Below are positions 9,051-18,292 of a stretch of DNA of 50,031 bases, piece after piece. A program made the translations under genes and the position numbers. The stretch covers positions 1 to 50,031 of IMG/VR virus record IMGVR_UViG_3300017991_001587; one strand, written 5' to 3'. Under the pieces are notes generated by a model, which was not told where the DNA came from, made no database searches, and was given only the letters and a program-made list of their open reading frames with translations. Each line of letters starts with the position of its first letter. Positions within the stretch are counted from its first letter, which is position 1. The stretch comes from a virus. Taxonomy: Duplodnaviria; Caudoviricetes.

Positions 9051-9758
9051 ATGGTGAAGGCATCCGAATTGATCGACTCGCCTATCGGGCAAGTGTATCC
9101 GCCCCGACCCGAGCAACCGTTGCCCGACTTCGATGCCCGCACGCATGCACTTCGGCGGCTTCGCGAGTTCTTGTCGGTGCTCGACCTTCACCGCACGAAC
9201 ACGAAGGGCGCACCGCCGATCAAGTATCGGATCCCGATCGCGAACATCCATCTCGAACAACCCGACTCGGTTGTCGATCTCAAGTTTCCCGGCGTCGCGT
9301 TCCTTCCGGGGCGGGCGACGCATGAAGCGTACGGGCTCGGCGCGCCCGACATCTGCGAAGGCACGCTCGACGTGTACGGCGTCGGCACCGCGCTCGCGGT
9401 GCTCTCGGATCACGTCGAGCAATTCACGGTCGAGCTATGGGCGAGCGGGCGAGCCGAGCGGCGGTCGATGGTCGCGGGCATCTCGACCGCGATGCGTTCG
9501 AGCGCGACGTCGTATTCGATTCGGCTCACGTTGCCGAGCTACTTCAACCAAGTCGCGAGCTTCGCTCTCGACTCGACACAATACATCGACGATCCCGACG
9601 TCGTTCGCGGTCGTCGTCGTGCGCATCTTCTGGTCACGATGTCGGTGCCCGAAGTCGCGCTTGTGAACGTCGAGCGACTTCACCCGTTGCTCGCGGTAGA
9701 AGTGACCGAAGGCGCGTTGCCGACCATGGTCGCGACCGTCAAGGCATGGGACGACTAG
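9051..9758 (+). CDS. Putative tail terminator
   Basis: Position just before the sheath; leaderless TAGGCT-N6-ATG. Confidence 0.55.
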   Translation: MVKASELIDSPIGQVYPPRPEQPLPDFDARTHALRRLREFLSVLDLHRTNTKGAPPIKYRIPIANIHLEQPDSVVDLKFPGVAFLPGRATHEAYGLGAPDICEGTLDVYGVGTALAVLSDHVEQFTVELWASGRAERRSMVAGISTAMRSSATSYSIRLTLPSYFNQVASFALDSTQYIDDPDVVRGRRRAHLLVTMSVPEVALVNVERLHPLLAVEVTEGALPTMVATVKAWDD

Positions 9759-9784
9759 ACGATGGCAAGCGGGCAAGCTACCCT
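9756..9784 (+). promoter_or_regulatory. Sheath promoter TAGACG-N17-TACCCT
   Basis: Exact spacing, upstream of a GGAGG RBS. Confidence 0.5.
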
Positions 9785-9832
9785 CGCGAGAACGAGAACC
9801 CGCCCGCATGATCGACGACTTGGAGGCTAACA

Positions 9833-12046
9833 ATGGCTGGATTCATCCGACGCTTCACCTTCGACCCCGGTCTTGAAGAGCTACTCGCGATCGAAGGGGT
9901 CGTGATCATTGACCGGGAACCGCCCGCCGCGTTGACGGGCGTCGGAAGCGGGCTCGTGACAATCGTCGGTGAATTCGACGACGGCGACTTCGACACTCCG
10001 TACGAAGTCGCGTCGAGCGCCGACTTCCTAGCGAATTGGGGCGGGTTCGGGTTCACATACGACGGGATCGTGTCGAACAACCCGTGCGCTCGGTCGCGAC
10101 TTGCCGATGGGGCGGTGTCGCCCGAGTTCTGGAATGGCAACGGGTTCGTCGCGCTTGCGAAGAAGAAGTTCCGTCAACTTGTCGTCGTGCGGGTCGACAC
10201 GAGCGTCGGTGAGATCCAGTTTCGGCGGCTTGCTTGCGTGAAGGGCAACCCCGACTTCACGTTCGATCTCGAACCCGCGCAAGCTCTTGTGTTCAACAAC
10301 GGCGGCGGCAACGCGACGGCAACCTTCACGGCGGCGGCGGCGTTGATCGCTTCCGGCGTCGGCGTGTACCCGACGCTCTTCGCGGGCGGCGAATCGATCA
10401 CGCTCGACTTCGACGGAACCGAAGTCACGGTCGTCTTTGAAGCGGCGGATCAATCGCAAGCTCAGATGATCACGCGAGTGAACACGACGCTCGGATATAC
10501 CGCGTTCGTCGATGCGGGCGGCGGCGTGACCAACTTCGTCGGGCGGCAACGTGGAACGGGCGGCTCGGTGCAAGTCGTCGCGATCGACGCAGCGGTCGCG
10601 GCGGCAACGGGCTTCGCGGCGGGCGCGGCGGTGCCCGGAACCGGCAACGTCGCGAACATCGACCAAGTGACCGAATCCGAAGTGTCGGCGCGTTGCATCG
10701 CGGCGGCGGCGGCGGCGGTGCCGCCGTTCGTCGTGCGGGTCGACCGCGACGAAAACGAGAAGCTTGCCTTGTGCGAGACGTCGACGCCCCTAACGGGCGT
10801 GATCAACATCGTGTCGAACACGGCGGTCGGGCTCGGCTTCGTTGCTGGTCAAACGGGCTCGGCGGCAAGCGGCGAAGACGGCACGATCCCGGCGGGCACA
10901 CGGGTTCGGAACGCGGGCGGAACCGAATGGGTCACGATGCAAACGATCGCGGTCACGGCGGCGAATGCCGGTCCCTACACCGCGCCGATCCGCCATGCGA
11001 CCGACGACACGACCGGGGCGGCGGCGCTCGCGGGCGCGATCAACGTGCTTCCCTTCGCGGTTCCGATCACGGGCATGTTCGCGGTGATCAACCCGCTTCC
11101 GACCACGGCGGCGTTGACCGACAATCAGATCGACGTGGCATATCAAGCGGCGCTCGACACGACGAAGAACCTTTCGAGCATCGTGAAGAAAACGAACATC
11201 GTCGTGTCGGCTCGGTCGTCGAACGCGATCCGAACGGCACTTCGCACGAACGCGATCGAAGCTTCGGGTGAAGGGGCATACGGGCGAATGGCGGTGATTC
11301 GCCCGCCCTTGAACACGCCCCGAGCAACGGCGAAGTCGACGACCGTTCAACCGGGCGTCGGGGCGTACCGTTCGCAACGCGTCGTGTACGCGTACCCCGG
11401 CGTCTCGGTCCAGATTCCGCAGATCGCTGCGGTAGGAACGAGCGGCGGCGCGGGCTTCACCGACGACGGCGTGATCGACGTCGGCTTCGACACATGGGTC
11501 GCGTCGGTCATGTCGCAACTTCCGCCCGAAGAAAACCCCGGTCAAGAGACCGACTTTATGACCGAGGTTCTCGGCGTCGAGTCGGGTAACGCCGACGTCC
11601 AGAACTTGACGATCGGTGACTATCGCGCCTTCAAGTCGAGCGGGATCGCCGCATACCGGAACGACGAAGGCACGTCGATCATTCAATCGGGGATCACGAG
11701 CGTCGACCCCGCGACGAACCCGAGCTTGAAGAACATTGCTCGGCAACGCATGGCTGACTTTATCACCGACACGCTCGCGATCCGGTTGAACACCTTCTCG
11801 AAGAAGCTCGCGACGCGAACGCGGCGGGCGCTCGTGATCGGTGAGATGGACGCCTTCATGCGGCAACTTGTCGACGACGAACGGATCGATAGCTTCTTGA
11901 TCGACGCGAAGTCGGGCAACACGACGACGACGCTCGCGGCGGGCTTGTTCCGCATCATCTTGAAGGTCAAGACGATCCCGTCGATGGACGTGATCGTGAT
12001 CGACGCGACGGTCGGTGAAACGGTCACGATCTCGCAAGCGGCGTAG
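9833..12046 (+). CDS. Contractile tail sheath protein
   Basis: 737 aa; C-terminal sheath-like region (IQSGITS..KNIARQRMADFI..IDSFLID); followed by a tube gene. Confidence 0.85.
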   Translation: MAGFIRRFTFDPGLEELLAIEGVVIIDREPPAALTGVGSGLVTIVGEFDDGDFDTPYEVASSADFLANWGGFGFTYDGIVSNNPCARSRLADGAVSPEFWNGNGFVALAKKKFRQLVVVRVDTSVGEIQFRRLACVKGNPDFTFDLEPAQALVFNNGGGNATATFTAAAALIASGVGVYPTLFAGGESITLDFDGTEVTVVFEAADQSQAQMITRVNTTLGYTAFVDAGGGVTNFVGRQRGTGGSVQVVAIDAAVAAATGFAAGAAVPGTGNVANIDQVTESEVSARCIAAAAAAVPPFVVRVDRDENEKLALCETSTPLTGVINIVSNTAVGLGFVAGQTGSAASGEDGTIPAGTRVRNAGGTEWVTMQTIAVTAANAGPYTAPIRHATDDTTGAAALAGAINVLPFAVPITGMFAVINPLPTTAALTDNQIDVAYQAALDTTKNLSSIVKKTNIVVSARSSNAIRTALRTNAIEASGEGAYGRMAVIRPPLNTPRATAKSTTVQPGVGAYRSQRVVYAYPGVSVQIPQIAAVGTSGGAGFTDDGVIDVGFDTWVASVMSQLPPEENPGQETDFMTEVLGVESGNADVQNLTIGDYRAFKSSGIAAYRNDEGTSIIQSGITSVDPATNPSLKNIARQRMADFITDTLAIRLNTFSKKLATRTRRALVIGEMDAFMRQLVDDERIDSFLIDAKSGNTTTTLAAGLFRIILKVKTIPSMDVIVIDATVGETVTISQAA

Positions 12047-12716
12047 GCTTCGGATGAATCGGCTCGCGATTCCTTTTCATCGGCGGCGTGAAGAGCGCAT
12101 CGCGCTCGGTCATGCCTTGCGCTCGCCTCCGATGATAGGTCGACCATGCGATCCCGCTTTCCGATATCCATTCCCCTATCCGTTTGGTCACGCCGTCGAT
12201 CGTGACGTATCGGTTTCCCCTTCGGTTCCGGTTTTGTTGGTGCGATGTCGTCCAACGAACGTTTCCCGGTTCGTACGCCCCTTCGTTGTCGATGCGGTCG
12301 ATCGAATGCTTCGGGGAAGGTCGACGTCCTACGTCGGCAAGGAAGTCTTCAAACGATTCTCGCCATCGGTCGCACACGGTGATCCCGCGCGCCCCGTAGT
12401 TTCGGAAATCTCGATGGTTCGGGTTGTGACAACGCGAGATCATCGAACCCCATGTTCGATATTCCGAGGAAGGCGGGGATTTGCTGTTGGCAGATTCCCC
12501 GTGTCGACGCGAGGCTTTACCGAGCTTCGCGCCAAGTTCGCGGCGAAGGCATCCGCACGACTTCGTTCGACCACTATTGAGCATCTCGGCAAGAACGATC
12601 GTCTCGTTCCCGCATTCACAACGACATCGCCAACGCGTGCGCTTGTCCGTCGATTGGTGTCGTGCGAGGATTGTCAAACGTCCAACAACTTGCCCTTGAA
12701 GGTTGTGCAATCTCAT
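12024..12716 (-). CDS. Free-standing HNH homing endonuclease, antisense insertion
   Basis: WRCRCECG..SCGC, YRTWGSMISRC, YGARGITVCDRW, SIDRIDNEGAYEPGNVRW motifs; more AT-rich than the flanks. Confidence 0.85.
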   Translation of the reverse strand: MRLHNLQGQVVGRLTILARHQSTDKRTRWRCRCECGNETIVLAEMLNSGRTKSCGCLRRELGAKLGKASRRHGESANSKSPPSSEYRTWGSMISRCHNPNHRDFRNYGARGITVCDRWRESFEDFLADVGRRPSPKHSIDRIDNEGAYEPGNVRWTTSHQQNRNRRGNRYVTIDGVTKRIGEWISESGIAWSTYHRRRAQGMTERDALFTPPMKRNREPIHPKPTPLARS

Positions 12717-12751
12717 GGGCCAATTGATGCACAGAATTGGATAGGTGACAA

Positions 12752-13198
12752 GTGGCAGATTCCCGCTTGAAGGGGCAAGAAGTCGAAGTTCGCGTGACGC
12801 GGGCGGGTTCGGTCGAGAACGCAATCGCGGCGATCGGAACGTTCAACGATCAAGTCATGCTCGAAACGAAGCAAGACGGCTTTCTCGGTGAGTTGACCGA
12901 CCGCTTCGACGACATCATGCGCGGGTATGGGTTCGATCTCGAATTCCAGGTCTCGGAAGCCGCATGGATCGACTTCCAAGAAGCGATGATCGCAAGGTCG
13001 CAACGCTTGACGCCCGATGTCGTGTTCAACGTGATCCGCACCGACTTCTACTCGAACGGCGACACGTTGATCATTACATACATGGACGTAAAGTTCGGCG
13101 CGCAACCGACGACGATCGCGTCGCGCGGCGACTTCGTGAAGGTGAAGCTCGAAGGCAAGTGCAGCCAGCGAAGCGTGCAAAAGAATTCGCTTCCGTGA
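12752..13198 (+). CDS. Tail tube protein
   Basis: 148 aa beta-rich protein after the sheath; GTG start with AGGTG RBS. Confidence 0.75.
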   Translation: MADSRLKGQEVEVRVTRAGSVENAIAAIGTFNDQVMLETKQDGFLGELTDRFDDIMRGYGFDLEFQVSEAAWIDFQEAMIARSQRLTPDVVFNVIRTDFYSNGDTLIITYMDVKFGAQPTTIASRGDFVKVKLEGKCSQRSVQKNSLP

Positions 13199-13297
13199 CG
13201 CGAAGCGGTTCGAGATGAGTCGCGCGGCGCGATGGCGCGCTCGACGGGGCGTGTCGCCTCCCTCGCGTTCGCGCGGCTCGCTTTCTAACGGGAGGAT

Positions 13298-13873
13298 ATG
13301 AACGTGAGCAACGACAACATGAACACCGAAGCCGAAGTGAACGAGCAACCGTTGACGGTCGACGACGAAGTTGATCCCGGTCGGCAAGCCGACGACGCGG
13401 CAACCGAAGCGAAGGCGAAGAAGGATAAAACCTTCGCCCCGCTTCCCGAAGCACGGGCGGGCGGTGCGCCCGCATGGGTGGAGATCCCGGCGAACTTCAA
13501 GTTCCCGCGCGGTCGACAAGTCGCCTTCGTGCGGTTCCGTGCATCGTGGACCGACACGCCCGAGAAGGGCGAGCGACAAGCGATCCTTTGGGCGTTGACC
13601 GACGCCGACGAAAAGGTCGCGCTCTCGCGTGCCATGGGCGACGTGAATCGAGCCGCGAACGAGCTTGCAAAGCAGATGGTTCGGGCGGTCGACGGGCACG
13701 TTGCCGATTGGTCGGGCGAGCCCGGACCCGCGAACATCGACCGTTGGTGGAACGAGATCGGCGCTCGGTGTCGCGGCATGCTCGTTCGGATCTTCACGCA
13801 ACTTCATGTCTTGAACGAGGAAGAGCGCAAGGATTTTTTCGAGTCTTGCATCGCGCTTCGCACGGCGGGCTAA
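13298..13873 (+). CDS. Tail assembly chaperone (gpG-like)
   Basis: Between tube and tape measure; GGAGG RBS; slippery site near the 3' end. Confidence 0.75.
   Translation: MNVSNDNMNTEAEVNEQPLTVDDEVDPGRQADDAATEAKAKKDKTFAPLPEARAGGAPAWVEIPANFKFPRGRQVAFVRFRASWTDTPEKGERQAILWALTDADEKVALSRAMGDVNRAANELAKQMVRAVDGHVADWSGEPGPANIDRWWNEIGARCRGMLVRIFTQLHVLNEEERKDFFESCIALRTAG
13834..13840 (+). other. Programmed -1 frameshift site T TTT TTC
   Basis: In-frame X XXY YYZ heptamer; the -1 frame stays open to 14175. Confidence 0.8.
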
Positions 13874-14175
13874 GGCTCGACGACGAAGGGTTGACGGTCG
13901 ATCCCGCCGAAGCGGGCAAGATGCTTCGGGTGCTCGGGTTGTTCACCGGAAGCGATGCGGACGGGGCGCGCTTCATGGCGCATACCGCGATCATGTTCGA
14001 CGCGCACAAGCTCGAAGCGTTGCGGCGATGGCGTGCCGCATACTTGGGGCGATACATGCACCAACAGATCACGACGATCGCGAACATCGAAGTCGTCGAG
14101 CTTTGGGCGTACGTTCGCGAGATCACCGAGTTGATCAAGACCGAGACGCCGACTGTCGGAATGAACGATCCATGA
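13840..14175 (+). CDS. Frameshift extension of the tail assembly chaperone (gpGT-like C-terminal part)
   Basis: The -1 frame ORF (RVLHRASHGG...RWRAAYLGRYMHQ...MNDP) ends just before the tape measure. Confidence 0.7.
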   Translation, partial: RVLHRASHGGLRLDDEGLTVDPAEAGKMLRVLGLFTGSDADGARFMAHTAIMFDAHKLEALRRWRAAYLGRYMHQQITTIANIEVVELWAYVREITELIKTETPTVGMNDP

Positions 14176-14180
14176 TCGAC

Positions 14181-14201
14181 ATGGATGATCGATCATCCAT
14201 G
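14181..14201. repeat. Palindromic element copy 2
   Basis: Perfect ATGGATGATCGATCATCCATG, just upstream of TTGCCG-N18-TACCCT-N6-ATG(14243). Confidence 0.95.
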
Positions 14202-14242
14202 GGCGCTTGCCGCAACCGTAGGTCGGGCGCTACCCTTGCGGC

Positions 14243-16204
14243 ATGACCGTTGAAGTCAAGGCGAAGCTAACGCTCGACGACGCCGCAAGCGCGGCGCTCG
14301 ACCGGATCAAGCGCGGCTTCTCCGATGCCGATGCAAGCTCGAAGGGCGCGTCGTCGAGCATGGGGTTCTTCAAGTCGACGCTCTCGACAATCGCGGCGGT
14401 CAACTTCGTTCCGGCGATCCAAGGGCTTGCCCGGTTCGCAACCGGATTCATTGAAGCGGCGGCGAACGCCCGAGATGCCGATCAAGCGATCGCGGGCATG
14501 ATCACGGCGGTCCAAGGGTTGCCATGGTCGGAAGCGCACGCGGGCGCAATGAAGATCGGAGATGAGATCGACGACATCGCGATCTCGATCGGCCAGAACA
14601 TCGGGGAAGTTCGGGCGGCGTTCGGTGACTTGCTGCTATTCACCGGGGCGACCGCCGAAGGTACCGCGAAGGCGCGAACGCAGATCGAGCAATTGACAAC
14701 GATCGCGAATGTGATGGGCATGGACACGCGTACGATCGCGATGGAATTCGGGGCCATGGGCGACGGCGTGCTCCGTACGCGCGGGAAGCTCTTTCAACTT
14801 CTGCAAACGACCGGGATCTTTTCGAGCGACGTCACGAAGGCATCCACTGAATGGGCGAAGCTCACGAACGAGCAACGGGCGACCGCGCTTGCGGGTGCGC
14901 TCGAAACGGTGTCGGGCAAGATGGGGAAAGCGGTTCCCACGTTCCACGACTTGACCAACACGCTCGGCAACTTGTGGGAAGTCACGAAGGAACGGTTCGC
15001 GGAACCGATCATTGACGTGTTGATCGACGAATTGCGTGTGATGATCCCGTTGATCAAGGACGGGTCGAAGGGGGTCGAGCAATTCGCGAAGTCGATGTCG
15101 GAAGATGTTCGCAAGTGGGTTCGCGATGCGGGCGTCGAGATCCGCAAGGGGTTCGAGTATCTCAAGACGCATAGTGAAGAGATCAAGGCGGCGATCGTCG
15201 ACGGTGCTAAGACCGCGAAGTCGGTCGTCGAATTCATCATTGCGAACCGCGAATTGATTGCGATCGCCTTCGGGGCCAAGATGGCGGCACCCGTTGTTTC
15301 GGCGGGCGCGAACGTCGCGTCGGGAGTCGTCGGGCTTGCGGCGAAGGGCGCACCGGGGATCGGCATGGCGGCGGGTGCGGCGGGTGCGGCGGGTGCGGTC
15401 GCGGCGCTTGCGGCATTCGCGGCGGCGATCGCGGCGGTCACGATCGCCTTGTGGCAATTCCAGAAGCTTATGGCCGAAACGGGCGGCGGGAAGTCGGAAG
15501 GCGAACGCGATCAACTTGCCCGCGAGCAATACTTCAAGGATCTCGCCGCGAAACAGAGCTATGCGCCGATGTCGAAGGAAGAGCTTGCGGGCTTCGATCA
15601 CATTCGGAAGCAATACGTCGACACCGCCGTCGCGCTCGGCAAGTCGGGTCGGGCGGCGGGTGAATTCGCAGACAAGGCATGGGAAGCGCACCGGGCGCTT
15701 CGTTCACAAGTGATCCAATACGAGCAAGCGGCGAACGCGATCAAGAAGATCGAAGATACCGGGCAAGGGGATCTCGGTGCGCAACAATTGGCTTCGACCG
15801 TGGCATTGCTCGAACAAGGTTGGACACAAGCCATGGCCGAAGGTCGTACGGGCGCGGCGAAGTACATCGCGAGCTTGATCGCGGGCTCGGCAAACCTTCG
15901 CGAAGCCTTCGGGGAATCGGCAAACTTGACCGCCGAAGGCTTCACCGCGCTCGCGGATCAAGTGAAGTCGCAAAGCGAAGACTTCGCGAACCGATTGAAG
16001 GAACGCGGGGCGGAAGCCGCGCCGAAGACCGAAGCCAAGACGCCGAAGCCCGGTGTTCACATGTCGGGCGGGCAAACATTCAACATCAAGCAAGACTTCC
16101 GAGATCAAGATCCCGATCGCGTCGCGATCGTGTTCGAGCGTGACATCGTGCGGGCGGCGGAATCGCGGCTTCAAGCGGTCACGTCGACACCGTTCGGCAC
16201 GTAG
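14243..16204 (+). CDS. Tape measure protein
   Basis: Ala-rich helical 653 aa with an N-terminal KLTLDDAASAALDRI motif and hydrophobic segments; follows the chaperone pair. Confidence 0.85.
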   Translation: MTVEVKAKLTLDDAASAALDRIKRGFSDADASSKGASSSMGFFKSTLSTIAAVNFVPAIQGLARFATGFIEAAANARDADQAIAGMITAVQGLPWSEAHAGAMKIGDEIDDIAISIGQNIGEVRAAFGDLLLFTGATAEGTAKARTQIEQLTTIANVMGMDTRTIAMEFGAMGDGVLRTRGKLFQLLQTTGIFSSDVTKASTEWAKLTNEQRATALAGALETVSGKMGKAVPTFHDLTNTLGNLWEVTKERFAEPIIDVLIDELRVMIPLIKDGSKGVEQFAKSMSEDVRKWVRDAGVEIRKGFEYLKTHSEEIKAAIVDGAKTAKSVVEFIIANRELIAIAFGAKMAAPVVSAGANVASGVVGLAAKGAPGIGMAAGAAGAAGAVAALAAFAAAIAAVTIALWQFQKLMAETGGGKSEGERDQLAREQYFKDLAAKQSYAPMSKEELAGFDHIRKQYVDTAVALGKSGRAAGEFADKAWEAHRALRSQVIQYEQAANAIKKIEDTGQGDLGAQQLASTVALLEQGWTQAMAEGRTGAAKYIASLIAGSANLREAFGESANLTAEGFTALADQVKSQSEDFANRLKERGAEAAPKTEAKTPKPGVHMSGGQTFNIKQDFRDQDPDRVAIVFERDIVRAAESRLQAVTSTPFGT

Positions 16205-16260
16205 CTCGCGAGCGCACCGGATCAATGGTAGCTTCAACGAAACGACGCGAGGTAAGAACG

Positions 16261-17013
16261 ATGGCGATGCCGATTCTGAAAGGGCTTGTTGGTTCCGACG
16301 CGGCGGGCATGGAGCCCGAAGGTTCCGCACCGCCGCCCGTCGACGAAGGCGTCGAGATGCTTTCGATCGACGACTTGACGCCCGAAGAGCTTGCGGCGCT
16401 CGAAGCCGCCGCGAAGGAAGCTCTCGACGCGGGGTTGCTCGACGGGATCGAGCTACCCGAGCCCGAAGGGGAAGGCACCGAAGAAGGCACCGAAGGGGCG
16501 GGCGCGGCGGAACCGCCCGATGCCGCCCCGGAACCGGGCAAGGAAGCCGCCGACGCCGAGCCCGAAGGGGAAGGCGAAGGGGAAGCCGCCGAAGGCGAAG
16601 AAGGCGAGCTTGCGGCGGGCACGGGCGATCTCACGTCGACAACCGAATTCGTCGAAGCCGCCGCCGCCATGGTCGAGACGCTCGACGCCGACGTGAAGGC
16701 GATCGAAGAAGCCGCGAAGTCGCTCGAAGATCCGAAGCTTGCCGACCCCTTGATCGATCAAGCTTGGGATCTTGTCGACGAAGCCGAGAAGGTCGCGAAG
16801 GAAGCGAAGAAGGCGATCAAGAAAGACGACATCGACGCCGCATACGCCGCGCACGAAGCGGTGAAGGAAGCGAAGGCGGCGATTGCCGACTTGCTCGAAC
16901 AAGTCACGAGCGGCGCGGTCGCGGTGAAGGCACCCGAAGAGCCCGACCCCGAAGAGAACCCGCTTGCGACATGGGCGAGCATGGCGGGCGCGAAGGGTTG
17001 CGGTAGCAAGTAA
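16261..17013 (+). CDS. Highly acidic helical hypothetical protein
   Basis: GAGG RBS; E/D/A-rich; C-terminal NPLATWA motif. Confidence 0.7.
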   Translation: MAMPILKGLVGSDAAGMEPEGSAPPPVDEGVEMLSIDDLTPEELAALEAAAKEALDAGLLDGIELPEPEGEGTEEGTEGAGAAEPPDAAPEPGKEAADAEPEGEGEGEAAEGEEGELAAGTGDLTSTTEFVEAAAAMVETLDADVKAIEEAAKSLEDPKLADPLIDQAWDLVDEAEKVAKEAKKAIKKDDIDAAYAAHEAVKEAKAAIADLLEQVTSGAVAVKAPEEPDPEENPLATWASMAGAKGCGSK

Positions 17014-17037
17014 CCAACCGAAAGGCGGGCTCGTTCC

Positions 17038-18288
17038 GTGGCGGCACCGACGTCGACGATTGTGATCGAAGAGTTGACCGGCGAGAAGCGCAAGGTCGAG
17101 CTTCGCGGCGGCGGGTTGCCCTTCCAAGGGTCGGCGGCATGGTCGACCCAGCTTCGCCTTTCGTCGACGTGGAACGCGGGCAATTCGACCGAAGCAACGC
17201 AACACATACTCGGTCCGATCGAGCTTCCGAGCGAATGGGAAGGCGAGTGGAATTCGACCCGCATGATCTCGTTCCCCTGTTACTACTTCGACGGGGAATC
17301 CGCTTCCGGGCTCGCGATCGTGCGGGCGTCGACCCTTCGCGACGTGCTCGACGGGATCTTCTATGTCGGTTCGCTTCTTCGCGTGACTTGGATCACGGGC
17401 GAGATGGGCGAAGGGCTTTACAAGGCACCCGAACGGCGTGTGTCGCGCATCGGTCGGGCAACCCTTTGGAAGTTCTCGCCCCTTCGAGCCGACGACATCC
17501 CATGGTCGATCACGTTCGACTGGTCGACGCGGGGCAAGCGGGCGCAACGGGTCGTCGCGTTCCGAAGCGAGAACATGCAAGCCGACATCCGTGCGGCGTT
17601 GATCGCGCTCGGGGAACTAACGGCGGCGGTCGATCAATCGAAGATCGTCGCGAGCAAGCGCACGATCCAGAAGAGCGCCGACACGTTCACGCTCGGGGAT
17701 CTCGAAGCACTTGCCGATGGACCCAGCCAGTTGCTTCGCGACTTCGGTCGCCTTGCTTACTCGGTCACGGATCGGTTGAATCGGGTCGGCGGGCTCGTGT
17801 TGAAAGTGCGCGGGTTGACTGCCGAGCTAGCGGGGCAAGCGATCGACATCGCGACGAACGCGATTGCGGTGTCGAATCAATTCGTCGACGCGATGTCGCG
17901 ACCCGCGCCCGAAACGTTGTCGACGCAGAACAAGGTCTCGAACATGCTTCAAGCGTCGTCGTATTACGACGACGCAACGACGCAAGCCGAAGCGGTTGCC
18001 GACGCGAACGTGAAGCTCGCACGAACCCTTCGACGACATCGCAACGCCCAAACGACGACGGCGACAAGCGGCACCGCCGCCGAGACGGGCGACGTGCTCG
18101 CGGTCCATATCGCCCGCGACGGTGACACGTTCGCGTCGATCTCCGCGAAGTATTACGACACGCCCGACCATGGCGAAGCGATCGCGGTGAACAACGGCTT
18201 CGCGGCGTATCAGATCGACGTGGATCGCGGCTCGGTGATCATCGTGCCCAACCTCTCGGCAATCGAACGGATCGAAGCTACGATCTGA
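17038..18288 (+). CDS. Tail tube initiator/baseplate protein with C-terminal LysM-like domain
   Basis: HIARDGDTFASISAKYYDTPDHGEAIAVNNG..GSVIIVP LysM/tail-X pattern. Confidence 0.7.
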   Translation: MAAPTSTIVIEELTGEKRKVELRGGGLPFQGSAAWSTQLRLSSTWNAGNSTEATQHILGPIELPSEWEGEWNSTRMISFPCYYFDGESASGLAIVRASTLRDVLDGIFYVGSLLRVTWITGEMGEGLYKAPERRVSRIGRATLWKFSPLRADDIPWSITFDWSTRGKRAQRVVAFRSENMQADIRAALIALGELTAAVDQSKIVASKRTIQKSADTFTLGDLEALADGPSQLLRDFGRLAYSVTDRLNRVGGLVLKVRGLTAELAGQAIDIATNAIAVSNQFVDAMSRPAPETLSTQNKVSNMLQASSYYDDATTQAEAVADANVKLARTLRRHRNAQTTTATSGTAAETGDVLAVHIARDGDTFASISAKYYDTPDHGEAIAVNNGFAAYQIDVDRGSVIIVPNLSAIERIEATI

Positions 18289-18292
18289 CATC

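Noticed and set aside
12015-12770. 251-aa + strand ORF between sheath and tube, or a group I intron
   Set aside because: It is the antisense shadow of the HNH gene; sheath and tube appear intact and there is no room for an intron core
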